Assembly (NCBI GenBank): GCA_025201805.1
Contig: MU619256.1
Location: 267,225-331,224, forward strand
Source of the DNA: Parasitella parasitica NRRL 2501
Taxonomy: Eukaryota; Fungi; Mucoromycota
DNA length: 64,000 nt
Reading direction: 5' to 3'
Positions 13,045 through 26,239 of this stretch are shown in pieces. A model generated the notes under the pieces. The model had not been told where the DNA came from. It worked only from the letters and a program-made list of their open reading frames with translations, and ran no database searches. Numbering within the stretch: position 1 is the first letter of the stretch; every line of letters begins with the position of its first letter. A program made the translations under genes and the position numbers.

Positions 13045-14325
13045 ATGTCAGACATGTCAGACGACGATTTCCAGCCTCTCGAGCCCACCCTTCAAAATGT
13101 GTTGGATCAAAACTCTCTTCATTGGATTTTTGTCGGTGGTAAAGGAGGTGTAGGTATGTGATATTCAAGTATTTCTNNNNNNNNNNAAAAAAAAAAAAAA
13201 AAAAAAAGGCAAATGACTAAGGAAATAAAACTAGGCAAAACAACCACTTCATGCTCTTTGGCTGTTCAGCTTTCCAAAGTTCGTGAGTCAGTCCTGTTGA
13301 TCTCTACCGACCCTGCTCACAATCTTTCTGACGCGTTTGGCCAAAAATTCTCCAAGGAAGCTACTGTCGTCAATGGTTTTGATAACTTATACGCCATGGT
13401 AATATACCGGATGTGTTGAAGGCTAATTTTCATTCCTACTCATGTTTCTGTACCTCAGGAAATCGATCCTACTTCGAGTATCCAGGAGATGGTTGAGCAA
13501 TGTAAGTGGGGAAAGAGATGGTTACATACAGATGTATTCAAATCGATGCGATAAATTACATTAATAGCTGATCAGAATAACCCAATGGGTGGAATGATGC
13601 AGGATTTAGCCTATGCTATTCCTGGCGTGGACGAGGCAATGGGTTTTGCCGAAGTCATGAAGCAAGTAAAGACCATGTCATACTCTGTCGTCGTTTTCGA
13701 CACTGCACCAACAGGTCATACTCTTCGCTTCTTGTCCTTCCCCACGGTCCTCGAGAAGGCCCTGGCAAAAATCAGTGGGCTCAGTAGCCGTTTTGGACCT
13801 ATGGTCCAACAAGTTTCAGGTATGATGGGTATGAATGCCAACCAAGAGGACATGTTTTCAAAATTGGAGGAGATGCGTTCTGTTATTACCGAGGTCAACA
13901 ATCAATTCAAGGATCCCGTAAGTCGTATATACAAATATCGTTACAAAGGGAAGGCTTTAATATGGGTCATATATTAGAATACTACCACCTTTATTTGTGT
14001 CTGTATTTCCGAGTTCTTGTCTCTGTACGAAACTGAACGTATGATTCAAGAATTAACCTCATATCACATTGATACACACAATATCGTTGTCAACCAATTG
14101 CTATTCCCCAAAGAAGGTTCAAATTGTGAGCACTGTACTGTCAGAAACAAGATGCAACAAAAGTACCTGGACCAGATTTATGATCTTTATGAGGACTTCC
14201 ATATTGTTCGCATGCCCCTATTAACAAAGGAAGTCCGTGGTGTTGAGGAGATCAAGGAATTTTCAAAGATGTTGGTAGAGCCCTTCCAACCGCCACAATC
14301 AACCAACCAGAATAAAACTGAATAA
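13045..14325 (+). CDS. GET3: ATPase GET3/ArsA (tail-anchored protein insertion)
   Basis: [19 protein letters not shown]-loop, [32 protein letters not shown], CxxC (CEHC). Confidence 0.96.
13177..13186. other. Assembly gap (10 N) inside GET3 intron 1, next to a poly-A run
   Basis: N run in the sequence. Confidence 0.95.
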
Positions 14326-14748
14326 ATGAAGAATAGAAAGACATTTACCCTTTCATATAAATTGTACACTATTATTGCTCTTTCTTTTCTTTGTTTTTTT
14401 TGTTTTTTTTTTTTGTGTCAGTGTGCTATTATGCATCTGTAATGTAGCTATTCACACAACATTGCTGTAGTGTCTGCAGCCACAATTGGGACGATCAGTT
14501 TAGGTTAAGATACTTTAAAATATCCTCAATATTTTGTACTATGCGTATATAATATCTCTTCTTAAGTGTATAAATATGATTATTATTCGTATTCAATGCG
14601 CATTATTCTTTTCATAATACGTCTAAATAAATATTATCCCAGACATTGCAAATATCAGAACACTCAAGCATGATACTACTTTTGGGAACTTGGCGTAGCA
14701 GTTTCCAAGTTCTCCTGTATAGTGTCCAGCCTCTGTTAACCACACAGT

Positions 14749-14776
14749 CGTCAGCCGTCAGCCGTCAGCCGTCAGC
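14749..14776. repeat. (CGTCAGC)x4 tandem repeat
   Basis: cgtcagccgtcagccgtcagccgtcagc. Confidence 0.85.
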
Positions 14777-15789
14777 GAAACCTGATTAAAAGCCCGACGC
14801 ATTTTGTAGAAATGGGTTATCTTTTTCATGTTTGTTTTGGCCAACTGAGACCATGATTTGACAGTTTCTCACGAATATCTCGGCATTTTATTAACAAAAT
14901 TTATGTTGTGATTTAAACGCTATTTGCGTAGAACTAGACTTCAAATCAAATGGCACAACTTTTAGAAGACTCTTCCTCCAAAATATTGCGCAATTTGCAT
15001 ATTCAATAAAACGCTTTTTTCGACAAAACCTCAAAATTTTGCATAGTTTATACCTAAAAATAGCAGTTGTATGTAAATATTCGATGCTCTAGGATCATTT
15101 TCGATTAATATATGCTATAGTGAAAAACTTCGTTTTCGGGATCAAAACGCCATGGAAAGAAAATCCATGATCTTTTCCTTGTGTTTACAAGGGAAAAATG
15201 GTCAAAATTGATTGATTTTACATCGAACAATTTTTTTTGTGCAAATGCATCAGGTTTTAACTACGTGTTCTGAGGAGTCATTTGATGCGGTTTTGGGCAT
15301 TTAAATAGGTGGGAAAGGTTGTTAATTATGCCATCAAAGATACGAAAAATACCTGTTCGTACGTTTTACAGCATCATTTTACTTGAATTAGGGTTTTTAT
15401 TTAAAGCTATTATTCATCTGTAAAGATGTGTCATCGTAATCAATGTACAATGATAATGCGTGTTGATCCAAAAAAAAAAAAAGATATCAAAAATTTAACT
15501 ATTTTTCTGCAAAAAAATATCAAGTAATGCACCTTGAGAATCGGTAAAGTACCTTTGTTTTATCACATACGCTTCGAGCTGCTATGTATGCTGTAGAGCC
15601 TTTTAGTGCTTGCGTTTTAGCGGGTCTGCCCAAAGCAAACAACAAATTTGATAGGCCTTGAATAAATTGGTTTGCAACCAATAAGGCTGTTACAGTACCT
15701 TTTTTTTATAAGCCTTCCACTCACCTTCCCCCCCCCCCCCTCCTCCTCCTCCTCCTTCTTTTTCTTTTTAAAGATTTTCTCATTATAGC

Positions 15790-17163
15790 ATGGTTGCTGA
15801 ATCAAAATATTATGATATTTTAGGTGTTGATCCTAATGCTAGCGAAGCAGATCTCAAGAAAGCTTACAGGAAACTTGCTTTAAAGTATCATCCTGATAAG
15901 GTAAACACGGTTTAATAGTATTACGACGGTAAACTGGAAACTATCTAACGTTGAATCTACAAATACTCGTAGAATCCAAATGCCGGAGACCAATTCAAGG
16001 AAATCTCCCATGCGTACGAGGTCTTATCCGATCCTGAAAAGAGAGAAATGTATGATCAATATGGTGAAGAGGGTCTCAGTGGTCAAGGTGGCGGCCATGG
16101 TGGTATGAATGCCGAAGACTTGTTTTCTCAATTCTTTGGAGGTGCTAGTAGTATGGGAGGAGGCGGCTTCTTTGGAGGCATGGGAGGTGGTCGCCGTGGT
16201 CCTCAGGGTCCTCGCCGTGGTAAGGACGTTATGCATACACTGAAGGTTAGCCTCGAGGAACTATTCTGTGGAAAGACCAGCAAGCTTGCTATCATAAAGA
16301 ATGTCCTTTGTAGCGGATGCGATGGTAGAGGTGGTAAAGAAGGTGCTGTTAAGACATGCGGCTCATGTAAAGGTCAAGGTATCCGTTTGTTCTTTCGTCA
16401 AGTGGGTCCTATGACGCAGCAAATACGACAACATGTAAGTAATTTTTTTTTATTGAACGAAAGGTTGGCTAATTCTGTAAAGTGTGAGGATTGTCATGCT
16501 ACTGGTGAGGTTATCAGCGACAAGGATCGCTGTAAGCAATGTATAGGCAAGAAGATCACAAGCGAAAGAAAGATTTTGGAAGTACATATCGATCGTGGTA
16601 TGGCTCCTGGCCAAACCATCACTTTTGCTGGTGAAGGGGACCAAGCCCCTGGAATTACTCCCGGTGACATTATCATCAAAATCGACCAAAAGGATCACCC
16701 TCACTTTACTCGCAAAGGCAATGATCTTGTCTATAACGCCAAGATTGACTTATTGACTGCATTAGCTGGTGGTCAATTTCCTATTCCTTTCCTTGATGAT
16801 AGCATTCTCTTAGTTAACGTGATTCCTGGTGAAGCTATTCAACCCAATATGGAAAAGCTTGTACCTCATCATGGTATGCCTATTCATCGCCATGGTGGGC
16901 ATGGCCACCTTTTAATCAAATTTACCATCGAATTTCCTGGACCAGATTGGGCCATTGATGAGAAAAAATTGAAGGAATTGGAGAGAATTTTGCCCGCTCG
17001 CAAAAGCACTGAACATCCACTTGGAAATAGACACGTTGAGGAGGTTGTCTTGGCTGACGCTGATTCTTACCAACGCAAGGCTGGGTCAAACGTATATGAT
17101 GATGAGTATGAAAATGAGGGCCATCAACACGGCGGTGGTGGCGTTCAGTGCGCTCAGCAATAA
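15790..17163 (+). CDS. YDJ1: Type I Hsp40/DnaJ co-chaperone (Ydj1/Mas5); introns 15901-15972 and 16435-16482
   Basis: J domain with HPD, G/F-rich linker, CxxCxGxG zinc fingers, C-terminal CAAX box CAQQ. Confidence 0.93.
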
Positions 17164-17262
17164 TCTAGACAATGTATACAACATATTCCCATCATTGACG
17201 CAAAAAAATAAATTAATTAAAAACAAGGAAAGCCACGCTGGTGTGCATGTTTGATTTATTGA

Positions 17263-19361
17263 CTACAACTTGGCCTCCACAGACGGGGCCATTGAAGCAG
17301 GAATTTCGACATCTAAACCACTCAAACAAAGCTGAGCATAGGTTTTACCTTGTCTGTCAACCACCAGAGAGCTGAGACCACCGCCTCCAAGGGAGTGCGT
17401 CAGAACAAAGTTCAAGGCATTGGGACCAGGCAATTCGAAACGAGTGACAGTGCCTTTGCATAAATGCTTCATGTAAGCAGTAACTGCCTTTGCAGTGATA
17501 GAGCGCTTTATGTAGGGTAGATATTTAGGGTCACGAGCAATGATACCCACGTTGCAGACATCTCCCTTATCGCCGCTACGGCCATATGCGACATTGATCA
17601 AGCGAGTCTTGACAAGAGGGCCAGTGAGGTCGGCTTCAGGTATCGCAGGGACAGAAGTAGGTTGGCTATAGGTGGCATTATTATCCCAGGCGCCCCAGGC
17701 AACTGTCTTGATAGCACTCTTTCCGACAATATAGCTTGTTTTAACTTGTGTCTTGGGGATCAATAATGGAAAATGAACCATGTTTGGAACTGGTTTTGGA
17801 CGTCCAGCACCCCCTCCTGTAATTCCCGGAGCCATGCAAGTTGCAGACTACAAAATAATATGCATTTGGGTTAGTTATTTGACGTACTTTTTTATACGAC
17901 GATTTGTGATTCTTACGGGGATTGTTTCCAATGCAACAAGTCCTAACGCTTTGGGGTCATCGTGATGGGCGGTTAGCCTCATCATGACTTCGCGCGTGTC
18001 ATTAGCTCTTGAATGGGGACTATAATACATACGTTCAGATCACAGTATGGCAAGATACATCAAGGAAACATACCCAAAAAGAGACTCGCCGCCGAGAGCT
18101 TCAACATTTACGTTTCTGAAACCTGGAATGCCCATTTTTTTGTATATGACTTCAACTCGTTTGACAATGGCTTCGCCGACAGCATGAGCCTTCTTTTTAG
18201 CATCAACGCCTCCAATCAGCATCTCACCAGTGATTTTCCAACCATCCAAGAAGATGCCCGAGCATTTGAGGTAAGGCGTGGGTTTTAGACCTTTAGCACC
18301 GGTAACAAGCACACGGTTATTACCTACTTGAGACAGTTTAATCTGACGCATATCCAAGATAACATCTGGCAACAGGTACAACGATGGATCTAGAATCTCG
18401 TACAAAATCTGTTCTGACACAGTAGCAGGAGTAACCAATCCTCCGGTTTTCTCAGGCTTTGTCACGACAAATGAGCCCGATATGTCGAACTCGACAATAG
18501 GGTAACCCATATTAGAATATCCGCCAAATGGCGACTGAGCTGCCAAATGCCAGTCTGTAAAGTTACCGCCCGTAGCATGACAACCGCACTCTATAACATG
18601 GCCTGCTAATGAAGCAGACGCCATCAGATCATAGTAGTTGGCAGTTTTTCCTTCTTCCCAACCATATTCGTACATTAGCGGAGCGACAACAAGAGCAGAA
18701 TCAACTACACGGCCAGTAACGATGATCTGGGCGCCTTCCTTTAACGCAGCAGCAATAGCATTGGCACCCAGGTATGCATTCAAAGACACAATAGGCTCGT
18801 CCTTGTCCGGTAAGCGATCTGAATCTTTAGTATGGTCGACTGAAGAGATGGTCGAGAAAGAGTGAATATCCTTAAATCCAGCTAAGGTACGATCTTCTTT
18901 ATCGGCCAAGACGTCATCGCCGACAACAGCAGCGACACGAACGTCTTTGATATTGAGTTTCTCTAGTAATGCCTCGATGGCTTCTTTGCATCCTATTGGG
19001 TCCAATCCTCCAGCATTGGTGATAACCTTGGTTCCATTCTTGACCAACTGAGGCAGGTTTTTGCTTAACACACGGCTAAGAAATTCTGCAATGTAATCCT
19101 CGCCTTTGTCAGCCTTTCCGCTCATGATGCGACGTTGACGACGAGCAGCCAAGATACCCATAGTGATTTCTAAATACAATGCCAAAATAAGCCAATGTCT
19201 TTGCTAAAATGCAATGGCCATTTTTTACCCGCTAAATAGTCAGCAACAAGATAGTCCAAGTTTTTTCCTTCATGCTCAATTAGCTGATCAGCAGCAAATG
19301 CAGAGTCGCCCCAAAATGCAGAATAGCAGCCGATACGGATAGGACGATTTTGAAAAGACAT
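17263..19361 (-). CDS. Acyclic terpene utilisation AtuA-family (DUF1446) protein with C-terminal AtuA-like domain
   Basis: [99 protein letters not shown]. Confidence 0.88.
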
Positions 19362-20329
19362 GATGAAAATGAAGAAAATATGTAAACTGTGAGAGATGCG
19401 TGCCTTGGTATATATACAGCACAATAGCACAAAAAATTGGGGTGAGAAAAGTTAAAGCATTTTCTGCGTGCAATCCTAGTGGGAAAGGCACATGGTGGAA
19501 CTACAATTTGAATGAGCGATGGCAATTCATTTTGATTTGGATGTTTCTGTTGCATACAATTGACTGGGCGTTCTGTTTTATGGCGTACTAGATTAGTCTG
19601 AAGCGATCTTACCCGGTTAAACATTCGATGCTTGGTCCGTCTTTTTCTAAAAAGAACAATGAACAGTAGTGCCAATTCGTTGAATTTAAGATTTTTCGCC
19701 ATTTTTGCTCCAATAGTCGGCTGGCAATAATATTTTTTGAGAAAGCCAACAAGAGATCATTTGCATTGAAATAACAGCAATCAGACTGTATAGATTTTTG
19801 AAGTACAATGAACACTTTTTGGGATGTATTCTATTGCTTAATGTAGATCAATATGCATTATCCAAGAGTTGAAATCGTTAAATAACTGTTCAAAGAAGAG
19901 GAATGGGAACGGATTAATTGATTTTATACTAGCCAAAAAAAAACCGCAAGTCTCTAGACAAATGATCTGACATTTACATCCAATGGCGGCGGCCAATCCT
20001 CAAAGTTCTCAATGTTCAAGTCCTCATCTTGAAGGCGCAGATTGCTTTTATTCTAGCAGAATATAATACAAGTAGGAAAGAGACATTTAGTGGTATATGT
20101 TTGATGGTTGGATACAATGATGATGCATGTGATTGCTGGAGATCCGGCTTCAGAAAGATGCAAATCATTATTATCGGCTGTTTCCACTCTTCATTGTAAT
20201 TGGCGTTGCGATTATTACTGCAGCAATGATATCTGAGACACAGCAAAAAAAAAGCTATATAAGTGCAAATGAAAACAACCATTTATTTTTTCGAACACTC
20301 TTAAAATTATTTGTAATAGCAAATACAAA

Positions 20330-21117
20330 ATGGCTGATGTAAAATGGTTTTTTATTAAGCATTTAAACACAAATAAAGCAATTGCTTCTTGCTCCTATGA
20401 CGACAATAACAATTTGATGAGATCGCAAGTGGTTGTTACTAAGCCAATGCACACTGACAACGAATTATGGTGCTGGGATGACCAGCAACTTCGAAATAAA
20501 AGCACAAACCTAGTGCTTGATATTCGTAAGGGTAGGTTCTTGCCATGACAATGTCTGTTGAAAAAAAAAAAGACCTTGCTGTTAATTTGCAGCCATATCA
20601 AAATCTAGGCAGATTGCGTTTTATGGAGGATACAGAAATATGCCTTTATTATAAAAAGTCAGAGCAAGATTCTCAAAATCAATTATGGGCTGTCCAAACC
20701 GAGCCTCGACCTGCTCAACACCCATTAGTAAGACGACGATCGTCGCAAGAGTCTCCCAAAGGATGCGTCATTCATTCCGTTGCCAATAGCGATTGGGTAC
20801 TGGATGTATGCCCTGAAGGCCAAAAACTTATTCTATTCCCATATCATCAAGATTTAAATCATCAGCAAAGATGGATCTTCACACCAGAAAAAGATGTATG
20901 CTCGACAGAAAAGTCTACTGCGTTGTTTGACATTAAGGCAAAAGATCCATATTCATATTACGAAGCATACTATACCAATCCCAACTGGGCAAGCAGTACT
21001 AGTATCAGTGGTAGCTCATTTTCTTCTGATGGCTCGACAGAATTTGCCCATGGCTTATCTCCTGCCAAAAGATCGTTTTCTCAATCTTCCCAGACGTCTA
21101 GCCGCGAAAACAGCTGA
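20330..21117 (+). CDS. Ricin-B (beta-trefoil) lectin-domain protein; intron ~20532-20608
   Basis: WFFIKH, NELW, LRNKSTNLVLDI, NQLW, WVLDV, QQRW (QxW-type repeats). Confidence 0.75.
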
Positions 21118-21436
21118 ATCGCTTACATTTGAATCCATCTCATACGTATAAATTTTGTAATTTTTCATCTAAATAAACCTTTCCAATCAGTGCATGTATA
21201 ATTAAAAGACAAATCCAATGTAATTCCTAAGAAGAACTTAATTTTATTAGATTACAATATCGAATTTGTTGTAGATGTTTATGTGCGATTTTTGGTGCGT
21301 GTCTGCATGTGATTTGGTGGTGTGCGTCGTTGTTGAGTCCAATTTGAAGGTGGTTTGATTACTACACATCTGCATCCTGCTATCAAATAATAAACACTCC
21401 TACATTTCAAGCTGGTATTTTATATACATTCTATGA

Positions 21437-21807
21437 TTAATTGGCAGCATCTTGCTTGAATTTCTTGGCTAATTCCATCCAAGGTTTAGGGGCTTGTGGC
21501 ATCAGGTCAGCCTATATTGCATGAAAACGTCAACACAGTAGTATAATGGCACCATCCTTTAACGCATTACCTTGACTAGCAATTTCTCAACAGATTCTGA
21601 AGGTTGAGCACCAACAGTTAACCAATATTTAGCACGCTCGAAGTTCAAGTTGATTAATTTGTTGCCTGACTCGTCAGCAATAGGGTTATATGTGCCGATC
21701 TTTTCGATGGGCTTGCTATTGCGTCCAGTTCGTGCATTAGCAACAACAATTTGATAAAATGGCAAATTGCGGCGACCGTGACGAGCAAGACGAATACGAA
21801 CAACCAT
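21437..21807 (-). CDS. MRPS16: Mitochondrial ribosomal protein S16 (bS16m)
   Basis: MVVRIRLARHGRRNLPFYQIVVANAR...IEKIGTYNP...LNFERAKYWLTVGAQPS; one 3' intron. Confidence 0.95.
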
Positions 21808-23609
21808 CTTGTAATATATAAAGTGTTGATCAAACAGAAAAAATAAAGAGGTAGGTCCCTTGCTTGACAAGAATCCCCCGTACAAACATGGTCAATGGTG
21901 GTCACTTGTCTCACAGCGGTCACTGAGCTCTTTTGAGTTCTGAAAACTTTGAAGGGTTGTTTATAGCTGTTTGTTACATGCTAAATTAGATTATCCACTC
22001 TAGACTTGAACTATTGATTGTCATGTCAATAATCTTGCTTTTCGTTTTACAAAACCACTTTTTTTTAACAAAAATATTCTTTGTCAAAAAGCAACAGTGC
22101 AATCATTTATATGAGCGGTTATCAAAAACAGAACCTGTAAATCGATCCTAGAACGCTCGTGACAATAATGGCAAATGTTAACATCCACATCTGGTGTTCG
22201 AAGCCTCGCATAGTGCATAATTTGGTATCTTGTAAACAAAAATGCTGTCATAATAATAATACGTGTGAGTAATGGCTTTGCTATTTTGAGAAATTGGTTT
22301 GGGGCATAGATTGGCTAGCAACCATTAAACATTGATAACATTACATATAGCCGCATTGCCAAATAGTTCACCACTTGAAAATAATTTAAACTGATGGTTT
22401 AGCTGTACTCGTTTTTTTTACGGTTAACGAATACAACAATCACTACTGATGCTCAAAGATACATGCATACTGCATGTTGTCGAAACTGAAGTTGATTTTG
22501 ACAAATATACTTGAATTATTTAATTATGTGGATTAACAATACTATATTGTTGACTGCAATCCAGTGGCAGATCAACAGCAAGATAGCACCCACCAGTACA
22601 AACCTAGCTATTACTGGCTATTTCGTTTCTAATCACTCGAGCTTTAGCATCGCCAAGCAAAAAAACACCAAAATAACGTAATGGTTTCATTATATGATGC
22701 ATACAATTGCAGCAGTTGTCTTGATCTCTGCCAAAGAAGGAAATTACTATGAAGACAGAAAATTTAGTGCAAATTCTTTTACAAAGACTTAAAATTAATA
22801 CAATGAATTTCTAGAAACAAGCTACGATACATAAATCTGCTAGCCAAGCAGGTGTCCAAAAATAATACAATAATGAAGCAGATGCAAGTATCAATCTCCC
22901 TAATTCTTACAATGAAATAGCAAAGTAAGAATGATTGAAATACTTTTTTTTTCCCAAAATAACTACAATAAATTCACATGTACGAAAAGCTTGGAGTTGA
23001 TCTCTCTGATCTTCGGAGAAATGAATCAAAAAATCAAAAAATAACACGATTGAGTTGTCGTGGTCAGGCAATCTGCCTTTGTTTTATCGTAGACTAGGTT
23101 TTACTATTCAATTCTTCACATAATTTTAAAAATAGAAAAGCCTTCGAAAATAAGATAGATGAATGATTTTAACATGTCCATACAGAGTACATTTTTATTA
23201 GCGTTTTTTTCTCTATTATAAGTAGACCTTCTTCTGAAACAGGTTAATGTTTATCATCAACAAAGATACCCTGAATCCTCCCGAGTCATTCACAGCAACT
23301 CACTTTTCTCTTTAAATCGTGGAAAAATAATGCAGCATATTATTGCTTCTATCATTTCGAAACAAAACAGATGTACTTCTCACCAAAAAATAAATAAATA
23401 AAACACGCTGCGAATGTAATCAGATGTTGTAATAAAAGTCTGCAGTAATTTAATATGCTTAATTAACCTAGTGCTGGCACGTATTTGCCGCCAAACAATA
23501 AAAGCTTTAATTAGGGTTTCGATTTATTATTTATTTAAAGGCATTGTTATGTTATGTAGATCAACCAATCTGGAATGACACCGTTAATAACTATAATGCA
23601 CTTATGCCA

Positions 23610-23615
23610 CACGTG
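23610..23615. promoter_or_regulatory. CACGTG E-box (candidate Pho4-like bHLH site) ~260 bp upstream of the phosphate transporter
   Basis: Exact hexamer; function inferred from the yeast PHO regulon only; other CACGTG copies occur elsewhere in the window. Confidence 0.25.
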
Positions 23616-23876
23616 TTGTCTTGTGGGTACCATTCAAGCCAATCATTGCATGTTTCTTGAAGGAGATGCAGGCTACACAACCCGGAGCATTTTGGTGCCT
23701 TTGTACATAATCGTTTCTTTAGACTCCATCTTCGAAAATATATAAAATGAAGCGAGAAATCCTTCAAATTAACAAACAGTTCTTTTCTCAATCAATCTTC
23801 TTTCTTGATCTCTTTTCCACAAAACTTTTTTTTTACTTCCGTATCTTTCACAAATAACTCTCCTTAATCTTCCAAA

Positions 23877-26239
23877 ATGAAGTTCTCCCATTCACTGCAA
23901 TTCAATGCGGTACCTGACTGGACCGAACATTATGTAGCGTAAGTTATCAGTATGTAATGCCTTATGTTCTGGCTCTGATGAAAAAAAACAACATAAATAG
24001 TTACGATCAATTGAGAAAGTTGATTTTCCAAATTGAAAAGGACAAGGTGGATGCTGTCAACAATGCCATTGATCCCGAGAAGGAAGTGGCTTCAAATGCT
24101 CAAAATCAAGACAAATTCTTAGCTCAACTCGATTTGCAACTTGAAAAAGTGTTCGACTTCTACTCTCAAAAGGAAGCTGAGCTTTACAACAAATTGGATA
24201 GTCTTCGGCATTCTATGTCCAATCATACCTCCTATGAACTTGAAAATCTCAATTACAATACTCCTCTTTCCAGCTTAGATTCCACTGTCAATCTGCCCAA
24301 TAGCACAAGCTCCATCGATGAGAAGACCGCTAGAATGTCTTTTGAATCTCACATGTCTACCGCATCCAAAGACACCCACCACGTTAACTATGTGGAAAAG
24401 TTGGTTGATCTCCGAAGCCAGCTCATTTCATTGTATGTCTGCTTATCCGAGCTCGACTCCTACGTAGAATTGAATCGCATGGCTTTCGAAAAGATCCTAA
24501 AGAAGCATGACAAGGTTCTTGACTCTGATCTAAGAGCACAATACCTGCGAAAGATGGTGTGTGAGTCTAGACCTTTCATGCCCCAAACTGTTCAAGTACT
24601 CCACGCTCAAATCGAAAGAGTCGAACACATTTATGCAGATGCATTTTGCAACGGGCATTTGGCTCTTGCCGTACGTCAAATGAAGACAAATTTGCGCGAT
24701 CAGATTGTTTACGATCGTAATTCTGTATGGAAAGATATGGTCGGTCAAGAGCGCAAAACCTTAGATGCCCACGTTAAAGAGAGTAAGCCCGAGAAATTTT
24801 ACAATATACCGCTCACCAGCCACAAGATTCGCGCCGAGTTGCTCAACACTATTTTTGCTTGCTCATTCTCTACCATCTTATTTATCATCTTGCTCTGCGT
24901 GGATCTCTTTGGCAACCGCCAAGAAAACTATTGCTTTGCCCTGCTTATCTTTGCTGCTGTCATGTGGGCTACAGAAGCCATTCCTCTTTATGCTACTTCT
25001 CTCATGGTCCCTTTCCTGATTATACCCTTAGGCATCATGCGCAATGCTGACGGAACTCAAATGGCTGCAAAGGCTGCTTCAAAAGCTGTCTTTGAGCACA
25101 TGTTTAGTGGAACAATCATGATGTTGCTGGGTGGGTTCTCGCTCGCTGCTGCTCTCTCAAAGTACGGTATTGCCAAGGCATTTGCTTCTCATGTATTGTC
25201 TCGTGCTGGTACTCGCCCTCGTTGGGTCTTATTAGCTATTATGTCTGTTGCTGCCTTTTTATGCATGTTCATCTCAAATGTAGCTACTCCTGTACTTTGC
25301 TTTTCATTGATTAACCCTATTTTACGCACTTTGCCTGATGGTTCTCCTGTTGGACCCTGTCTCTTGCTTGGTATTGCATTGGCTAGCTGTATCGGTGGCA
25401 TGGGCTCTCCTATTGCATCTCCTCAAAATATCATTACCGTTCAATACATGAATCCCAATCCTGGCTGGGGCATCTGGTTTGGTATTGCACTCCCAATCAT
25501 CGTCATCAGTCTCCTTTGTTGTTGGGGTATCTTGTTGCTTGTATACAAGCCCGACAAAGCCGTGCCTCATTTGAACAAAGTCAAGCCTTCTCGCGATAAA
25601 ATCACCAAAACTCAAGTTTTTATTATAGCAATTTTCCTGCTAACTATTGCTCTCTGGTGTGCTGAAACATCTCTTGAATATGCACTTGGCGACACTGGCA
25701 TCATTGCAACCATTCCTTTGTTTGTCTTTTTCGGTACTGGTATCCTCGGTAAAGATGATTTGCATGCTTTCCTTTGGTCAGTCATTGTCTTGGCTCAAGG
25801 CGGCTTGGCCCTTGGTATTGCTGTTACCTCCTCTGGTTTATTGGAAGATATCGCGCTTCATATCAAGGATGGTGTTAAGGATTTGGAGCCTATTGCTATT
25901 CTTGCTATCTTTTCGTTCTTGATTTTGGTTTTCTCCACTTTTGTATCTCACACTGTCGCTGCTCTTATCATCGTACCTATTGTGCAACAAGTCGGCCAAA
26001 GTTTACCTGTTCCCCACCCCAACTTGCTGGTTATGGGCGCTGGTTTAGCTTGTTGCGCAGGAATGGGTTTACCTGTTTCTGGCTACCCCAATATGTCTGC
26101 TGTAATGATGGAAGATCAAACTGGTAAACCTTACTTGAAGACAAAAGACTTTTTAATTGTTGGTGTCCCAACGAGTGTCATCGTTACACTGCTCATCTTT
26201 ACTATCGGCTACGGTGTCATGGTTGGTGTTGGTTTCTAG
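23877..26239 (+). CDS. SPX-domain low-affinity phosphate transporter (Pho87/Pho90/Pho91, SLC13/CitMHS family)
   Basis: MKFSHSLQFNAVPDWTEHYVAYDQLRK (SPX start), LNRMAFEKILKKHDK, WATEAIP, MFISNVATP, SPIASPQN, VSHTVAALI, SGYPN. Confidence 0.94.

Noticed and set aside
14749-14776. Tandem 7-mer, and the 20-bp duplication at 55212, as CRISPR-like arrays
   Set aside because: No spacers, eukaryotic context, no cas genes
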